A stretch of 64,000 nt of DNA from Candidatus Magasanikiibacteriota bacterium. Lineage in GTDB: Bacteria > Patescibacteriota > Patescibacteriia > Magasanikbacterales > UBA922. The stretch covers positions 129,236 to 193,235 of the forward strand of contig JBAYJP010000003.1 of assembly GCA_041665025.1 (NCBI GenBank), given 5' to 3'. This document shows, piece after piece, positions 1-7,788 of the stretch. Both the position numbers and the translations under genes were made by a program. Positions within the stretch are counted from its first letter, which is position 1. Each line of letters opens with the position of its first letter. The notes beneath the pieces are model-generated. The model saw nothing but the letters and a program-made list of their open reading frames with translations, ran no database searches and was not told where the DNA came from.

Positions 1-440
1 AAGTACACCAGGCCCTCGAGGAAGTACCCGATGTTGATGCCCCACAGCGCACGCGGCGCCTTCACCACGTCGATGAACGGCTGCAGGAGCTCCTTGAGCA
101 GGGTCTGCTTCATGCCCTCCGGTTCCGGCTTCTTGACTCCTTCCGGCGCCTCCACCTTCTCTTTGAGGATGTAGTAGTGAAGAATTCCTTGCGTGCGCTC
201 CTCGATGGCCCCGCTGGCTTCCAGCTGGCGCATGGCCTCATTGAACGCGCTCATACGGAGCCGTCGTCTGAAGTTGAGGCCACGGACGATGTCGATCTTG
301 GTCAGACCCTTTGTCCGCTCCCAGGAGAAGACCCAGAGGATCCGGTTCTTCACGTACCTGACCGAATGCAGGTACAGCATCGAGATGGCCATGAACAGGA
401 CGAGGAGAAGCCCGACCAACGCGAGGTAATGCCACAGCAT
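1..440 (-). CDS. 5' part of a GC-rich probable MFS transporter with an N-terminal extension; runs off the window edge
   Basis: Not in the ORF track. Manual translation from ATG 440 (or in-frame GTG 455 after GGGGTG) is open to base 1: MLWHYLALVGLLLVLFMAISMLY...EGMKQTLLKELLQPFIDVVKAPRALWGINIGYFLEGLVY. The last ~38 aa resemble the first TM region of MFS transporters. Upstream in-frame stop at 537-539. Confidence 0.65.
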   Translation of the reverse strand, partial: MLWHYLALVGLLLVLFMAISMLYLHSVRYVKNRILWVFSWERTKGLTKIDIVRGLNFRRRLRMSAFNEAMRQLEASGAIEERTQGILHYYILKEKVEAPEGVKKPEPEGMKQTLLKELLQPFIDVVKAPRALWGINIGYFLEGLVY

Positions 441-683
441 GGCACGCCTGCACACTTTCCACCCCACCCCTATCGGCGAGGCACTCGAACCGTCTATGCT
501 CTGGCGCGCGCGATCACCCGACCGCGCATGGCCGACCTATATCGAAACTCACACGTAGCTGCCCCCAACAGCCACGTGATGAAGTAAGTAAACTGCGCGA
601 AAAACTCCACGCAGTGAACTCGCTAAATACTCTGCGTTTTTTGCAGAGGCTTAGCCAGCTTGAAAATACAAAATTGTTTACCT

Positions 684-805
684 CTTTTTCTGCAACGCAA
701 TTCATCCCCTTTCCCCTTCTCTTAAAAAGAGAAGGGGGTATATTTTCGTCACCCCTCTCTTCGTAAGAGAGGGGCCGGGGGGGGTGAGTTGCGTTGCAGA
801 AAAAA
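684..805. repeat. Nested palindromic REP/MITE-like element
   Basis: Outer inverted repeat TTTTTCTGCAACGCAATTCATCCCC / GGGGTGAGTTGCGTTGCAGAAAAA encloses hairpins CCCCTTCTCTT-AAA-AAGAGAAGGGG (713-737) and CCCCTCTCTT-CGT-AAGAGAGGGG (752-774). Confidence 0.75.
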
Positions 806-1004
806 GATCCATATTTTGTTCTCTCAACCTGGCTAAGCATTGTAATGAACAAATAGCACAAAACGTCCGCTCAAAGCGGACAGTACTGCCAAAAAGCAGT
901 CCAATACCTTATCATTTAAAGAGAGAGAGAGTCAATAGCAATATACACAAACAAAAACAGCCCACTAAGGCTGTTTTAAATCCGTAATAATCTGCAAACT
1001 AACT

Positions 1005-2408
1005 TCATGCAAAATATTTCTGTTCCAACTCCCCCACCTTCCCATCAACTTCCTCAGCTTTCAATGGTGGCACTTCACCAGATTTTTCAATAAGCTCAAT
1101 TACCACTTTTAATAAATGTTTCATACCTGGAATAATGTGCATGTTTCTATCCTCTGCATATGACAAGCGAATATGACCAGCACCCATAATGCCAAAATCT
1201 GTGCCGGCAAGTGCGGCAAAACCTCTTTCATAGAGCAACCATTTGACAAATTCTTTTGCATCATGAATCTGGAGATCTTCTTTTACACATTTCAAATCAA
1301 GCACACGAGCAAAACTTGGGAATAAATAAAATGCGCCTTCTGCTTCATTTGGTACAATGTATGGTTTTAAAAGTTTCAATGCATCTGAAACAAACTGGCC
1401 TTTCTTTTCATACTCAATAAAATCTTTGTTAATCAATTCTTGCACTTCATTTTTGACGCTCTTATATGTAAATCCATCGAGTGTGACATCTCCAAATACC
1501 GCGCCCGCAACAATTTGATCAACGCGGTTCACATTGCTCCATTTATTTATGGCAAGCCGTCCAAAAATTTCTATAAGCCATTCAGGGGCAATAATAAATC
1601 CCAAACGCCAACCAGTCATAGCATAATTTTTCGAATAACCATTTAGATTTATTGTCCAATCGAGCATGCCCGGGATTGAAAGAAAACTAAAGTGTTCTCG
1701 CCCACCAAATACAATCTGGTCATAAATATCATCAAACACCACATAAAATGTATATTGTCTGACTAATTCTGCAATGGCTTCCAATTTTTCTTTGCCAATC
1801 ATCATGCCTGTTGGATTTTGAGGGGTGTTTAAACATAAAATTTTTACCTGCGTATGTTCTTCTAAAATCTTTTTCAAATCCTCTACGCGAAATTCCAATG
1901 TTTGTTTTTCTTCATCTTTGTGCGCGCACCATTTTATGACGCCGCCGTGATTATAAAATTCTGCTAAAGATTCATACACCGGATATCCGGGATCTTGCAC
2001 AATCACTTTGTCTCCTGGGGCAAGCAAAGTCTGAAATGCAAGTTCAATAACTGGCTTCCCGCCTGGTTGGAGTAATACATTATCTTTTGTAATGTTTATT
2101 CCTCGCGTTTCACTCCAATACTTCGCAATATTTTCTCTCACCTGCGGGTAGCCAGCAAAGTGTCCGTATTTTGTTTGCTTGTCTTTCAACGCTTGAATTG
2201 CGACGTCAATAATAGGCTGGGGCGTTTTGGGTCCGGTGTCTCCTACATGAAATTTATAAATCTGTGGAAATTTTTTTGAACTTTCGACAGCCATTACTTC
2301 CGCGCCAAAACCAAAGGCAGTTTCAGTCCCGAGATAATTGAGAGCTAGATTGATAGTGACATTTGGAATTAAATTTTTGTCGATGAGGAATTTGGGAATT
2401 TGAGGCAT
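1005..2408 (-). CDS. PLP-dependent aminotransferase class I/II
   Basis: 467 aa; NTPQNPTG, DDIYD and GYSKNYAMTGWRLG (PLP Lys) motifs. Confidence 0.93.
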   Translation of the reverse strand: MPQIPKFLIDKNLIPNVTINLALNYLGTETAFGFGAEVMAVESSKKFPQIYKFHVGDTGPKTPQPIIDVAIQALKDKQTKYGHFAGYPQVRENIAKYWSETRGINITKDNVLLQPGGKPVIELAFQTLLAPGDKVIVQDPGYPVYESLAEFYNHGGVIKWCAHKDEEKQTLEFRVEDLKKILEEHTQVKILCLNTPQNPTGMMIGKEKLEAIAELVRQYTFYVVFDDIYDQIVFGGREHFSFLSIPGMLDWTINLNGYSKNYAMTGWRLGFIIAPEWLIEIFGRLAINKWSNVNRVDQIVAGAVFGDVTLDGFTYKSVKNEVQELINKDFIEYEKKGQFVSDALKLLKPYIVPNEAEGAFYLFPSFARVLDLKCVKEDLQIHDAKEFVKWLLYERGFAALAGTDFGIMGAGHIRLSYAEDRNMHIIPGMKHLLKVVIELIEKSGEVPPLKAEEVDGKVGELEQKYFA

Positions 2409-2442
2409 ACGGTAAATAAATTAAAAGATACAAGATACAAAT

Positions 2443-2559
2443 AAAATCAAAACTCAAAGTTCAAAAATCAAAACTAACAACCTAAAATTCAAAACTTCCT
2501 ATGTGTAAAATTTTAGTTTTAAGTTTTAGTTTTGAGATTTGACTTTTGATTTTTGAGCT
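2443..2559. repeat. Mirror array of ~7-mer units (TCAAAA-type, then reverse complement)
   Basis: AAAATCAAAACTCAAAGTTCAAAAATCAAAAC followed by TTTTAGTTTTGAGATTTGACTTTTGATTTTTGAG; similar element at 9346-9462. Confidence 0.65.
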
Positions 2560-2595
2560 ACATTACATAGATTAAAAAATTTCCTTCAATCAATC

Positions 2596-4878
2596 TTAAA
2601 CCTCTACTCTCACTCTACTTCCAACTGCCTTTTTTACTTTCTCCAAAATATCCCTTCCTGTTAATCCAGCAAGTTCATATACTTCTTTCACCGTGCCTGA
2701 TTTCAAATAGGTATCAATAGAAATTGAACGTGCTTCATAATCCGCAGGCAATAAGAATGGATACAAAAATCCTTTCCAGCCATTGTGTAGTGCGATTGCG
2801 CGTGACCTATCTTCATCACTAAAAATACTATTGGCTTTTCCTGGATTTGTCTTTCGCAATTCTTCAAATAATTCTGGGGATGTCACGGCAACAATTTTTA
2901 CAGTTAATCCTTCAGCTTCAAGCTGTGGAACTGCTTCAAGTGTATTTAATAATGTTTGCCCACCGCTTACAACTAACACAATATCTGTTTTTTTATTCCT
3001 TGTTCCTTGCTCCTTATTCTTTGTTTCATAAAAAACGTATGCCCCATTCACCGCTTCACGCGCCGGTGGAATGCCATTTTCACGTTTAAATACCATGGTG
3101 TCCGGTCGCGCGACAGACAACGCAATTGGCTCACCTTTTTCCAATGCATAAAACAACATTTCAACCGTTTCATTTGCGTCCATGGGTTTATACACTTTTA
3201 TTCCCGGATACGCATTGAACATACTCATCCAATACAAACCCTGATGTGTAGGGCCATCTTCTCCGGTTTCAGGACCATCGTGTGCGGCCAGCATAATGAA
3301 AAATCCTTTTGATTTTGGATTCAAATGATTCCCAATCAAAACAAGACGAACCGCGTTTGTCATCATGGATGTAAATACGGCATATGTTGAAAATACAGAC
3401 ACAGGCGCAAATCCGCCAGGTAATCTATCTGCGGTCATAGCGCACGACATCATGGCCATATTTTGTTCGGCAATACCAAATCGAATGCCACGGCCCAGTG
3501 GATTTGTGCGGCTAATATCGCCAAACACATCTTCTGCTTTTTGTGTCAAAATTGATTTGCTCAAATCCCCTGTTCCTGCCCAAAAAAATGCCGTTTGTTT
3601 CATCATCCATTCAAAAAATGCTTGTGTTGCTTTGCGCGTGGCAACTTTGGTCCCTTCTTCAAATACTAATTCTTTTGGTAACACATCTGGACGGCGAATA
3701 GTAAGCGGATTTACAAAAGTTCTTCCCGGTAGTGCACGTTTCATTGTTTCTACTAATTCTTGTTCTGGTTTGATACCTTTTTTCACCACATCCAAACGCT
3801 CAACAATATACTCCGCGAGTTCTTGAGTAAGTTGCGAAACCACAACATCTATATCAGCTTGTACATCTCCTTCAACACCAGGGATATCAAAACCTAATTC
3901 TTTCATGATTGATACGTATTCATCGTGTTTTGCAGGAGAACCATGTGAGTCTGCGGTGTTTGCTTTTGCTCCATAATATTTTCCTTTGATACCATGCGCC
4001 AAAATAACTGTTGGATTTCCGTTTCCAAAACCTTTCTTTGCTTTGTGATACGCATATACACATTCAAGCACATTATGTCCATCAATTTCTATCACATTCC
4101 ATCCCAAACCAATCCAATGATTGATATATGGACTTGAAAGTACTTCTGCAATGTCACCATCAATGCCATAATGATTGTAATCAAGGCTCACAATCATGTT
4201 GTCAGCGCCAACCGTGTTGAGTATGTTGCGCGCTTCGTACGTCATTCCTTCTTCGCTCTCAGCATCTCCCATAAATACAAACACACGTGTATCAAGTCCG
4301 CACGATTTGTGTACGATTGCCATACCACCTGCAGATGGCATTCCATGTCCGGAAGGTCCTGTAGAAACATCAGTAAGCGGATTATAACTTTCAACATGTC
4401 CTTGAGGACCGTCATGATGTCTAAATTTTGTTAAATCTTCTGGCAACACTGCTTTTAATTTTTCCTTATCAAATGCAATGCCTTTTTTCCGTAGACTTTC
4501 ATATATCAATGATAATCCCGCATACAAGAGCGGTGTACAATGTCCCGCAGACCACACGAGACGATCACGCCCAGGATTTTTTGGATCTAACACATCAAAG
4601 GCCATAGCTCCACCAAGCACCATTCCCAAAAACTGTTCCGTCTTTGCAGACGATCCGCCCGGATGACCTGAATGCGATGCCTCGAGTGACGCAAACATAA
4701 AACCACGCATAATACGCGCGGCTTCGTTAAGTTTAGTTGTATCAATACCTTCAATTGGCGCAAGATCAAGTCCTTGCAAGCGAAGATAACTGCCTCCCTT
4801 AATTTCACAAGAAAAACGATCTGGTTCTGTATTTTTAAGTTTCCCCCAGTCCTGTTCATTCAAAATATTGTAAGACAT
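2596..4878 (-). CDS. tkt: Transketolase, single chain
   Basis: SGHPGGS, SAGH, GDAE..EG (TPP binding), FGIAEQNM and GEDGPTHQ motifs. Confidence 0.93.
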   Translation of the reverse strand: MSYNILNEQDWGKLKNTEPDRFSCEIKGGSYLRLQGLDLAPIEGIDTTKLNEAARIMRGFMFASLEASHSGHPGGSSAKTEQFLGMVLGGAMAFDVLDPKNPGRDRLVWSAGHCTPLLYAGLSLIYESLRKKGIAFDKEKLKAVLPEDLTKFRHHDGPQGHVESYNPLTDVSTGPSGHGMPSAGGMAIVHKSCGLDTRVFVFMGDAESEEGMTYEARNILNTVGADNMIVSLDYNHYGIDGDIAEVLSSPYINHWIGLGWNVIEIDGHNVLECVYAYHKAKKGFGNGNPTVILAHGIKGKYYGAKANTADSHGSPAKHDEYVSIMKELGFDIPGVEGDVQADIDVVVSQLTQELAEYIVERLDVVKKGIKPEQELVETMKRALPGRTFVNPLTIRRPDVLPKELVFEEGTKVATRKATQAFFEWMMKQTAFFWAGTGDLSKSILTQKAEDVFGDISRTNPLGRGIRFGIAEQNMAMMSCAMTADRLPGGFAPVSVFSTYAVFTSMMTNAVRLVLIGNHLNPKSKGFFIMLAAHDGPETGEDGPTHQGLYWMSMFNAYPGIKVYKPMDANETVEMLFYALEKGEPIALSVARPDTMVFKRENGIPPAREAVNGAYVFYETKNKEQGTRNKKTDIVLVVSGGQTLLNTLEAVPQLEAEGLTVKIVAVTSPELFEELRKTNPGKANSIFSDEDRSRAIALHNGWKGFLYPFLLPADYEARSISIDTYLKSGTVKEVYELAGLTGRDILEKVKKAVGSRVRVEV

Positions 4879-4954
4879 ATAACAATATAAAAAAACGATT
4901 AGTTGTATAACCGTTTACAGTATAACATCTACTTAAAAATTTGCAATAAATCAT

Positions 4955-5896
4955 TTAATTTTTTTCTGCATTACTCGTTTTAACTCCTAATACCACATAC
5001 CCCTGACTTTCTACCCACCTTCCAACCGTCAACATCTCAACTAACCCGTATAATTCAGCAAATGCAGTTGAAAATGGATGAGTCTTTTTTTTAATCCAAT
5101 ACAATAATTTATTTAAAACACGAAGCACAAAAAATTTATTTTGACCTTGTAATGCCACATATAGTTCGTCTGGATGGAAAAAAAACTTCGCCCAAAATGT
5201 TGTGTACATTTTTTTTATTTCAAAACCATTTTGTTCTAAGAAATACCTCAACTCTTTTTTTGAATACAAAGAAATATGAAACTGCGCATGTGGGTCGGTG
5301 TTTAATCCTCTTTTCAAAAGGTAATTACGAATATACGCATGCTTACCTAATTTTGATTCGGCAAACATAGCAAGCGCGCCTCCTGGTTTTAAAACTCTAT
5401 TGAGTTCGTCCAACCACGCGGGCACATCGTGCACATGACCCAACACATCTGATGTAAATACGGCATCAAATGATTCATTTTCAAATGGAAGCCTATTTCC
5501 ATCATATGTCAAAAATTCTGCCCACACACCATACTCTTTTACACGCTCCTTTGCGAGATCAACCTGCAAATGAATCACGTCAACACCAATAATCTCAACT
5601 TCCCTGCCCCATAATTTTTTCATCTCAATAACTGACGCCCCCGTCCCGCATCCAACATCTAGAATTCTAAACTTAGTTAAAACTTTATCTTTCCGTAATC
5701 TTTTAATCTTATAATCTTTCAATCTTTCAATCCAACGGTACAGCAACAACTTCTTCGGATAAAACAATAATTTAAAACGATCCTTCCACTCCACCCGCTC
5801 GCCACCAAAAATCGGACGTGCATCCCAAAATTCAATTTCTTGTTCTTTCATTTTTCCCCAGCCGAGTGTTTCATTTTTTATATCTTCTCTATTCAT
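4955..5896 (-). CDS. Class I SAM-dependent methyltransferase
   Basis: ILDVGCGTG, LPFENESFDAV and RVLKPGG motifs. Confidence 0.9.
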   Translation of the reverse strand: MNREDIKNETLGWGKMKEQEIEFWDARPIFGGERVEWKDRFKLLFYPKKLLLYRWIERLKDYKIKRLRKDKVLTKFRILDVGCGTGASVIEMKKLWGREVEIIGVDVIHLQVDLAKERVKEYGVWAEFLTYDGNRLPFENESFDAVFTSDVLGHVHDVPAWLDELNRVLKPGGALAMFAESKLGKHAYIRNYLLKRGLNTDPHAQFHISLYSKKELRYFLEQNGFEIKKMYTTFWAKFFFHPDELYVALQGQNKFFVLRVLNKLLYWIKKKTHPFSTAFAELYGLVEMLTVGRWVESQGYVVLGVKTSNAEKN

Positions 5897-5931
5897 AAAT
5901 ATTATTCTATTGTATCATATGGGTAAAATAA

Positions 5932-5957
5932 AAAAAGCTCTTCTTAAAAAGCTTTTT
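5932..5957 (-). terminator. Intrinsic terminator of the 6004-6156 small gene
   Basis: AAAAAGCT / AGCTTTTT stem with a U-run on the minus strand; preceded in the transcript by GC hairpin CTCGCTCC / GGAGCGAG (5967-5998). Confidence 0.5.
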
Positions 5958-6003
5958 CTCTCCCGACTCGCTCCTCAGCCCGATGGCGTTGGAGCGAGCC
6001 GGT

Positions 6004-6156
6004 CTAGCGACCGCATATCGTCCTCCTGGACGGCGACGTGCGCTCGCCGAAAAAGTAATGACGAACCGCCAGGCAGGCGACTACAATCAGGGTACCAAAC
6101 CCCTTGGTAGCTGCCTCCCAGACAGTGTCCGGTGAGAAGAGATACGTCTCAAACAT
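6004..6156 (-). CDS. GC-rich 50 aa small protein with one hydrophobic stretch
   Basis: Below the ORF-track cutoff. SD AGGAGGTG (6168-6161) 4 nt before ATG; MFETYLFSPDTVWEAATKGFGTLIVVACLAVRHYFFGERTSPSRRTICGR*. Confidence 0.6.
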   Translation of the reverse strand: MFETYLFSPDTVWEAATKGFGTLIVVACLAVRHYFFGERTSPSRRTICGR

Positions 6157-6226
6157 GGGTCACCTCCTCGTTTGAGAGCTTCCTTAAAATAAGCGTATTA
6201 CAAAACTAATAATTTTACAAGCAAAC

Positions 6227-6251
6227 AAAAAACAAGCTTCCATAGCTTGTT
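6227..6251 (-). terminator. Intrinsic terminator of the 6335-6502 small gene
   Basis: AACAAGCT-ATGGA-AGCTTGTT followed by TTTT on the minus strand. Confidence 0.6.
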
Positions 6252-6334
6252 GAAAAATGAGAGATTTCCGCGCCGGCCCGCCCCCGATCATGAGGACCAA
6301 GGACGGACCGACGCGTGTCGAAGCACGAGGATCC

Positions 6335-6502
6335 TCAGTGGTCGAGGAACCCCGTCTCCTTGGGGTAGCAGATCCCCGCGAACAGAGACGCCGGCACGAA
6401 GACCCCGACGATCACGAGGTCCGTGACAAACCTCAGCACGGGGACAAACGGAACACACGCGAACACGCAGATCTTGTAGAGCTTCCCGTGACGATCCAAC
6501 AT
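6335..6502 (-). CDS. GC-rich 55 aa hydrophobic small protein
   Basis: GGAGGA SD ahead of ATG 6502 (track start 6523 less likely); MLDRHGKLYKICVFACVPFVPVLRFVTDLVIVGVFVPASLFAGICYPKETGFLDH*; strong G/C bias at third codon positions. Confidence 0.62.
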   Translation of the reverse strand: MLDRHGKLYKICVFACVPFVPVLRFVTDLVIVGVFVPASLFAGICYPKETGFLDH

Positions 6503-6580
6503 CGCTTCTCTCCTCCCCGGCATAGAAAGCCGGTGACCAAAGGGTCAGAAGACCCCGTTATCACAAGGATGACGCACAAA

Positions 6581-6609
6581 TATATATCAAATCTATTTTA
6601 AAAAGTCAA
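6581..6609 (-). promoter_or_regulatory. Sigma70-type promoter for the 6335-6502 gene
   Basis: TTGACT-17 bp-TATATA on the minus strand. Confidence 0.55.
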
Positions 6610-6615
6610 TATAGT

Positions 6616-7347
6616 ATGCAGCCAGATTTTCTCCTCATCAACAAACCAAAAGATTGGACTAGCCACGATGTGGTTGGTTATTTGCGTAAAGTCACGCGTA
6701 TCAAAAAAATCGGACATGCAGGTACACTCGACCCCTTTGCAACTGGCTTACTTATTGTAGGTATTGGACGAGAAGCGACCAAACGACTCGATGAATTCAA
6801 ATCATTGCAAAAAACATATGTAGCCACTTTAAAACTAGGTTATATTTCAGATACGTTTGATAGCACAGGAAATATTAAAAAATATAAAAAAAATATTAAA
6901 CAAATATTAACAAAAATTTTTTCAATATCTTTTCAATATTTATTTCCTAGTCTTAAGATAACCACTAAAAAAAAGATAGATTCTACTTTAAAGAAATTTA
7001 TAGGAAAACAAAACCAAATCCCTCCCATGTATTCCGCAAAAAAAGTAAATGGAAAAAAATTATACGAACTCGCACGCAAAGGAATAGAAATTGAACGCAA
7101 ACCATGTGATATTGAGATATCAGATATTAAGATATTAGAATATTCATGGCCCTTACTTAACATTGAAGTAGCATGTTCTTCAGGAACATATATTCGTACG
7201 CTTGCTCATGACATTGGCCAAAAGCTCGGCTGTGGTGCGTACTGTGAAGAATTAGAACGAACAAGGATTGGCGACTACACACTGGATAACGCGTACAAAT
7301 TATCTGAAATTAATTTTGAAAATTTTCAAAACAAACTTTTTGTGTGA
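6616..7347 (+). CDS. truB: tRNA pseudouridine(55) synthase
   Basis: KIGHAGTLDPFATG, QIPPMYSAKKVNG and CSSGTYIRTLA motifs; AT-rich low-complexity insert at about 6871-6945. Confidence 0.96.
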   Translation: MQPDFLLINKPKDWTSHDVVGYLRKVTRIKKIGHAGTLDPFATGLLIVGIGREATKRLDEFKSLQKTYVATLKLGYISDTFDSTGNIKKYKKNIKQILTKIFSISFQYLFPSLKITTKKKIDSTLKKFIGKQNQIPPMYSAKKVNGKKLYELARKGIEIERKPCDIEISDIKILEYSWPLLNIEVACSSGTYIRTLAHDIGQKLGCGAYCEELERTRIGDYTLDNAYKLSEINFENFQNKLFV

Positions 7348-7400
7348 TTTTTTCTTGTGCTTAAGTGCTGTCGTGCTCCAGTATTTGGGTGATTCAAAAC

Positions 7401-7409
7401 TTATCCACA
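7401..7409 (+). promoter_or_regulatory. DnaA box consensus
   Basis: Perfect TTATCCACA, intergenic, upstream of the rny promoter. Confidence 0.45.
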
Positions 7410-7492
7410 GGTCTCCGCTTCGCTACGCCCTGTAAACTAAATTCTTACTATAAGACAAAAAGCTTGCCAAGCGTAGCGAAGCGAAGCTTGGA

Positions 7493-7521
7493 TTGACAAA
7501 CGACATCTCTCATGATATTAT
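7493..7521 (+). promoter_or_regulatory. Sigma70-type promoter for the structured RNA and rny
   Basis: TTGACA-17 bp-TATTAT. Confidence 0.7.
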
Positions 7522-7545
7522 GACGCTGGATTTATTAACTAAAAA

Positions 7546-7771
7546 GTGATATCGAGCGAGATCTATAGCGAATACGAGACGCAAGATAGCAGAACATTAT
7601 GTTGACTCGTTATGAATAAAATTGCCTTAGTTTACGATAATTTTTCTCTTCATAACACAATCGCGCACGCAAGCGTACACCTCTCAACACAGTGTTTAGA
7701 CACACACGTGTCTTTGTAATTGCATCGTATTTTTTCTTCTTTTGAGGATCTATAGACATCTCGATCATATC
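7546..7771 (+). ncRNA. Long rod-like structured RNA candidate (6S RNA-like or rny leader)
   Basis: Nested pairings ATCGAG/CTCGAT, TCTATAG/CTATAGA, AATACGA..GCAA/TTGCATCGTATT, AACATTATGTTGA/TCAACACAGTGTT, GTTATGAA/TTCATAAC and AAAATTG/TAATTTT; starts just after a consensus promoter. Confidence 0.55.
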
Positions 7772-7788
7772 GTGAGAGGTTTTTTTAT

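Noticed and set aside
177-587. Plus-strand ORFs 177-587 and 193-429, and minus-strand ORF 238-462
   Set aside because: Shadow frames of the GC-rich minus-strand ORF ending at 440, which has the better codon pattern and a recognisable C-terminal part.
6257-6601. 114 aa plus-strand ORF (also 5910-6110)
   Set aside because: Antisense to SD-led minus-strand ORFs that have matching terminators, and it crosses the GC boundaries.
7401-7500. Replication origin
   Set aside because: Single DnaA boxes only, no box cluster, and no dnaA/dnaN nearby.
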